Of a DNA stretch of 24,883 bases, positions 1 through 24,883 are shown one piece after another (the first letter of the stretch is position 1; every line of letters begins with the position of its first letter). This DNA is from Amoebidium appalachense (taxonomy: Eukaryota > Protista > Ichthyosporea): assembly GCA_963693365.1 (NCBI GenBank), contig CAVNZM010000058.1, positions 1-24,883 of the forward strand, given 5' to 3'. Under the pieces are notes generated by a model that was not told the origin of the DNA, searched no databases, and was given only the letters and a program-made list of their open reading frames with translations. The position numbers and the translations under genes are program-made.

Positions 1-682
1 CCCCCCCCTGCCCCGTCTCGTCCTTCCCACCGTTCGCCCTCTACCATACTACATATGCCAACCCCCCTCAAGCAACCCCCCCCCCCCCCCCCCCCTTCCC
101 CCCTCCCTCCCGGGCCCCCAAACACTACTAGTACTGTTGCTACAAAAATGACATGTATGAAATAGTGGGTTCGATGATACATGGTTAAAAAAGGGGTAGA
201 GCTTGCTGCCGCCTAAACCTTTGGGCTTTATATTTCATGCAGCCTTCAAGACATGCCCCTCCGCCCATAGTATGTTCTACTTGCGTTTTTGCCCATGTAC
301 ATATTAATATCCTCGTTTGATATTTGCTTACCTCTTGTTGCTGCTTGGTTCAATTGTTTTGGAGAGACCTATGCTCGTTTTCTCGAAGATAGAGTTACTT
401 CGCTCCTATATAACAACTGCCCGAGCCCTTATAATATTAAAGCTGCCTATGTATATATATATATGATATGGTCCTATCAATAGCTGCTATCATGGTACAA
501 GGTATCAAACTTTGCACATCCCACCTTGCACCCTATTCCAATAAGCACATCAGCCGCATAAAGAATGTTCGTTGTTGTGTATCTTTGCCAAAGTGGATGG
601 TATGATACTTATTGATACATTATGGTGGAGATCCAAATAACTATAGGGTGGTACCGTTTGCATGCCACGTGACACAACCACA

Positions 683-710
683 AACACACACGCACCCGCG
701 CCCGCGCGCG

Positions 711-788
<78 letters not shown>

Positions 789-853
789 CGCACACACACG
801 CGCGCACACACACACACGCACACACACACGCACACACACACACGTACACACAC
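683..853. repeat. (CA)n microsatellite with CG interruptions
   Basis: Directly visible. Confidence 0.95.
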
Positions 854-1438
854 GAAACAAGGCAATTGCCAAAGGAAGCAAGCAGGCAAGTTGATGTATA
901 CGTATGTATGCAACATGATGATGACACTGTGGCCATTCGGTCAATCAAATATAATACTAACAGACAACTCAGTTTTGCACTTGTCGTCTTCAAGCTTTTT
1001 TTGTCTTTAACTTGTGAAAACTTGGCATGGCCACACACAAGGAAGCACACAATTTATTCACCGTTTATTATTCAGCGGGTTATATATATGAAGGTGCCAC
1101 CATCGATCGACCTGTACTGTACTGCAAACAGCTTGCTACAGCACAGTGCCAAACGTTAGAGTGTAAACTTGTACTCTTGGCTGCAGGAAAACGATTTGGT
1201 GTAGACATATGTACAGGCTAACACAAATCTATAATTCCCACATCGGTTACGGCCTATGCACTTTCCCCAACATTCTGCACGCCAACTCCGCATTCACAGC
1301 TACTTTACATGTGCACAAATTGTACTGACGACAGTTTAGATGATGATCTGACAGAGTTTTACTTTGAGACCACCCATCATTTAATATATATGGGCATCAC
1401 CCGGGTAGCCTTGCAGACTACACGAGTCCCATGGGCAC

Positions 1439-1913
1439 CTACATGCACATCTTCTCGACCTGGTTGTACTTCAGCCCAGTCTCACACTGGCAGTCGGTGG
1501 GGAGGATGGGGCGCACACCCTCCTTCTCGTAGGCACGGATGGTCCAGCAGGGGAAACGATAGTCGGGGTCATTCAGGTCAGGCTTCTCGGTGCCATCAAG
1601 GGGAATGCAGTTGGTGGGGTTGTTCACATCGTCAAACTTAAAGCCATAGTTGCACTTGCAGTCCTCGAGCTTGGTGGGGTAGGTGGCCGTCTCGTAGGCG
1701 TTAAAATCGGCGCAGGGGAAGCGGGGGGCCTGCTGGCACATCCAGTCGTCGTTCACCTCAACCCAGTTGAGGCCCCAGTTGCAGGTGCATGACTTGCGGG
1801 GGGTCCGTGGAGACAACCCCATTCTCCCAAGCGTTCCGCTCCCAGCACTGCTTCGTGGCGGGGGCAGCGGCGGCCACGGAAAGAACGGCAACGAGAGGAG
1901 CAAACAGCTTCAT
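1439..1913 (-). CDS. Intronless secreted cysteine-rich protein (about 157 aa) with three 4-Cys repeats; apparent 1-nt frameshift at 1798-1803
   Basis: CACCATG at 1913 starts a signal-peptide-like MKLFAPLVAVLSVAAA|APATKQCWERNAWENGVVSTDP. Deleting one base of the G6 run joins it to RKSCTCNWG...KMCM* (ORF 1439-1903). Three repeats follow C-x3-[NR]A[WY]E-x10/11-CxCxxG[LF]-x9-11-C. Codons are strongly C/G-ending. Confidence 0.8.
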
Positions 1914-1983
1914 GGTGAGTGAACGTATTGAGTAGAGAAACAGAGCAGGTTGATGATTGTGATTGGGGGGCTAAGAGTGCGTG

Positions 1984-1991
1984 TTTTTATA
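1984..1991 (-). promoter_or_regulatory. TATA box of the secreted Cys-rich protein gene
   Basis: TATAAAAA on the - strand about 70 nt upstream of the ATG at 1913, followed by a C/A-rich leader. Confidence 0.6.
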
Positions 1992-2968
1992 CCCTTTGGT
2001 GCTTGTCTAGGGGGAGACCGATGCTTCACACACGGAACACCACAGCTTCCACGACGTTCTACGTGCTTCAGAAAGGCCACAGTGATGGGGTAACTGAAGC
2101 TAGTGTACGTACGTTTTAGATTTTGCGCATTCCGTGATATCTCGACAACTGGCATAATGATAAAATTAACCATGTAGCTCATGTAGCATGCATACGCAAT
2201 TACGCATACCAGTTGTATACCAGTCTGCAGCGCTGGCCGGGAGCATGCTACATAAATGACGGCCAATGCGACACGGTATAATATTGCCTATATGTCATCT
2301 ACAGTATATAATATCCAAGCTTTCTCGTGCTTGTTGACAGACACGAGCAGCTGCAGGGCTCACGTGCTGCGGCAGGCCGTGGCGTAGCTGAGTGACGTAC
2401 GCACCAGGCTGGCCATGTGCGCATGCAACGACCTGGATGTGGCCTGAGGTGTGACCTGATGTGTGCTTGAAATCATTATGCATGACAAGTAATTGTTATT
2501 GTGCATTTGACTCCGAGCGTTGTTAAAGGTGAATGCTAGTACAGAAAAGAGTAACAAAGATCCGTTATAAAGAGTCACCCCCCCTTCGTATCTAAGATGC
2601 CATAACCCAGGAAACGTGGGGGCATGCATATGCGGGCAAATTGTACCCTTGAACGTATGTAGATCATGCCGACCAGAAAAATCTATTGACTCGACTTTGC
2701 TAAATTTTCCCGCTCTTTTCCGAAAATAAATATGTGATTGGTAGATCTAAAATACCCAACCAGTGCCAACCAGTAAGATTTATAGTGGATCGCCGAGACG
2801 ACGCCGACCGTGAGACCGACGGCGTGCACAGTGACGGTGCGGGCACTGCCCGGCAGCCGTGCCCAGCCCTGGTACCGGTCAGTGGTTGCCTTTAAACGAG
2901 CTCCAATAAAAGTGCATTATCGTCGTAGTGTTGCTATAAAACTCTAATTACATTGCATTTAGCAAGAC

Positions 2969-3020
2969 ATAATAATAATGATAATAGTAATAATAGTAAT
3001 AATAATAATAATAGTAATAA
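2969..3020. repeat. (TAA)n trinucleotide microsatellite
   Basis: Directly visible, with TAG/TGA variants. Confidence 0.95.
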
Positions 3021-3071
3021 GCCGCCTGTGACTTTGTGATTAGACCAGCCCAAGGTCCAAGGACTGGCTCA

Positions 3072-3098
3072 GTGACGTCACGAGGTTTTCCCGCCAAA
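3072..3098. promoter_or_regulatory. Adjacent CRE/ATF palindrome (GTGACGTCAC) and E2F-type site (TTTTCCCGCCAAA)
   Basis: Exact consensus matches 4 nt apart in the divergent intergenic region, with a second TTTTCCCGC at 2705-2713. Confidence 0.45.
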
Positions 3099-3719
3099 TT
3101 CCTCAAATCTGTGATATCACCAAAACATGAACTGTGTTGTATGCGCCGGCCAGAGCGGCTGCAGAGCTTAGAACCTGTGTGGGGGAAGCCTTGAGGATAG
3201 GAGAAAGGGGGAGAAGGAGTTTTATATTATTTAGTAACAAAGAGTTGATATGCATAGGTTTTAGTGCTAGCATGACTAAGGCTGTGTAGAGTTGGGCTAA
3301 CTAGATCTTGGTTTAAGGTGCACAGGACAAGTTGTCCAGTGTAGTGGCAAGATCTACACCAAAGGCAAAGTGGACGTGCTACGTTTTCTTCTATTATAAC
3401 GAAGGCACAAACGGAAAAAGCAAGTCGTTTCTTTCTTCCCTATCAGGCAGCCAGATTAATCGTCACTCAGCTTACAGAAGCGTACAAGCTTGACAGAAGG
3501 GCTTTGGCTTCTATCCGAAAGCAACCGTGGCTTTCGTAGCACAAAAAAGCGAAAGTAACAAGAAGGAGAATAGGGCGGGCTAAAAACTCACTTCGGGTGA
3601 CCGTAGCCATAGGCGATAGGCATTTGGTAAGGGAGCTAGCAATTAAAGGAGACAGGTGGGCAGCAGATGGAAGGGGAGGGGGAAAGTGCAGGGGAAGGGG
3701 GAGTGGAACGAGGCTGAGG

Positions 3720-3925
3720 CAGGGGAGAGGGGGGGGAGGGGGGGGGGGGGGGGGGGGGGGGCGGAGGAGGAGGATTAGGGTGTGTGTGTGTGTGTGGGGT
3801 GGGGGGAAGGAGGGTGGAGGGAGGGCACTTGTGTGTGGGGGGGGGGGGTAGAAGGGGGGGGAGGGGGGGAGGGTGGGGAGGGGGGAGGGGGGGGGGGTCG
3901 TGGGGGTTTGAGGAGGGTGAGGGGT
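3720..3925. repeat. G-rich / poly-G tract (poly-C on the - strand)
   Basis: Directly visible; orientation opposite to most tracts in the helicase introns. Confidence 0.9.
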
Positions 3926-4274
3926 CCGTAGGTACTTCCCCTTCTTCAATTAGCTTTCTGCTGCTGACAGTTGTGTGCTATTTGAACTGTGTCATGGGCT
4001 AGGTCATTCTGAAAGGTTTCAGTTTTGTTGGAGGAGAGAAAAGCACGACAGTGGTGTTATACCTGTAGGGTGCACAGGCGAAGGTGAACACAAGTGTGAT
4101 GCTTAGGTGTAAATCTAACACAATCCTAGGCAGGGGCACATCTAGACATGTAGGTTGACACCAATACAGTTCTATATTGGTGCACGAAATGGCTGATATC
4201 CATGGTTAGATATTTGTGTAGTTCCAGTTGGTGTTTGGGATTTCGTGAAAGAGAGGTTATGTGCAGGGAAAACC

Positions 4275-24883
<20,609 letters not shown>

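Noticed and set aside
289-650. ORF 289-483 and the [11 protein letters not shown]|GTACC segment as exons
   Set aside because: No ATG or in-frame acceptor avoids the nearby stops, and no recognisable homology.

Overview
Eukaryotic, microsatellite- and homopolymer-rich genomic DNA. Almost all ORFs in the supplied track are low-complexity artefacts of (CA)n, (GT)n and poly-C tracts. Manual splicing reveals a + strand HFM1/MER3 meiotic DExH helicase gene from about 4275 (or 4709) running off the right edge. It has 28 short GT-AG exons with consistent phases, about 663 codons in about 20.6 kb, and all Ski2-like SF2 motifs intact. On the - strand (1439-1913) is an intronless, TATA-preceded gene for a secreted protein with three 4-Cys repeats, split by a one-base frameshift in a G6 run. 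The main structural oddity is that 20 of the 27 helicase introns carry a poly-C or C-rich tract starting within about 40 nt of often weak 5' splice sites. The same rule predicts a spliced non-coding transcript on the opposite strand upstream of the helicase. The organism cannot be identified from the sequence; CTRAC branch points and an animal-like HFM1 suggest an opisthokont, possibly a unicellular holozoan (inference only).
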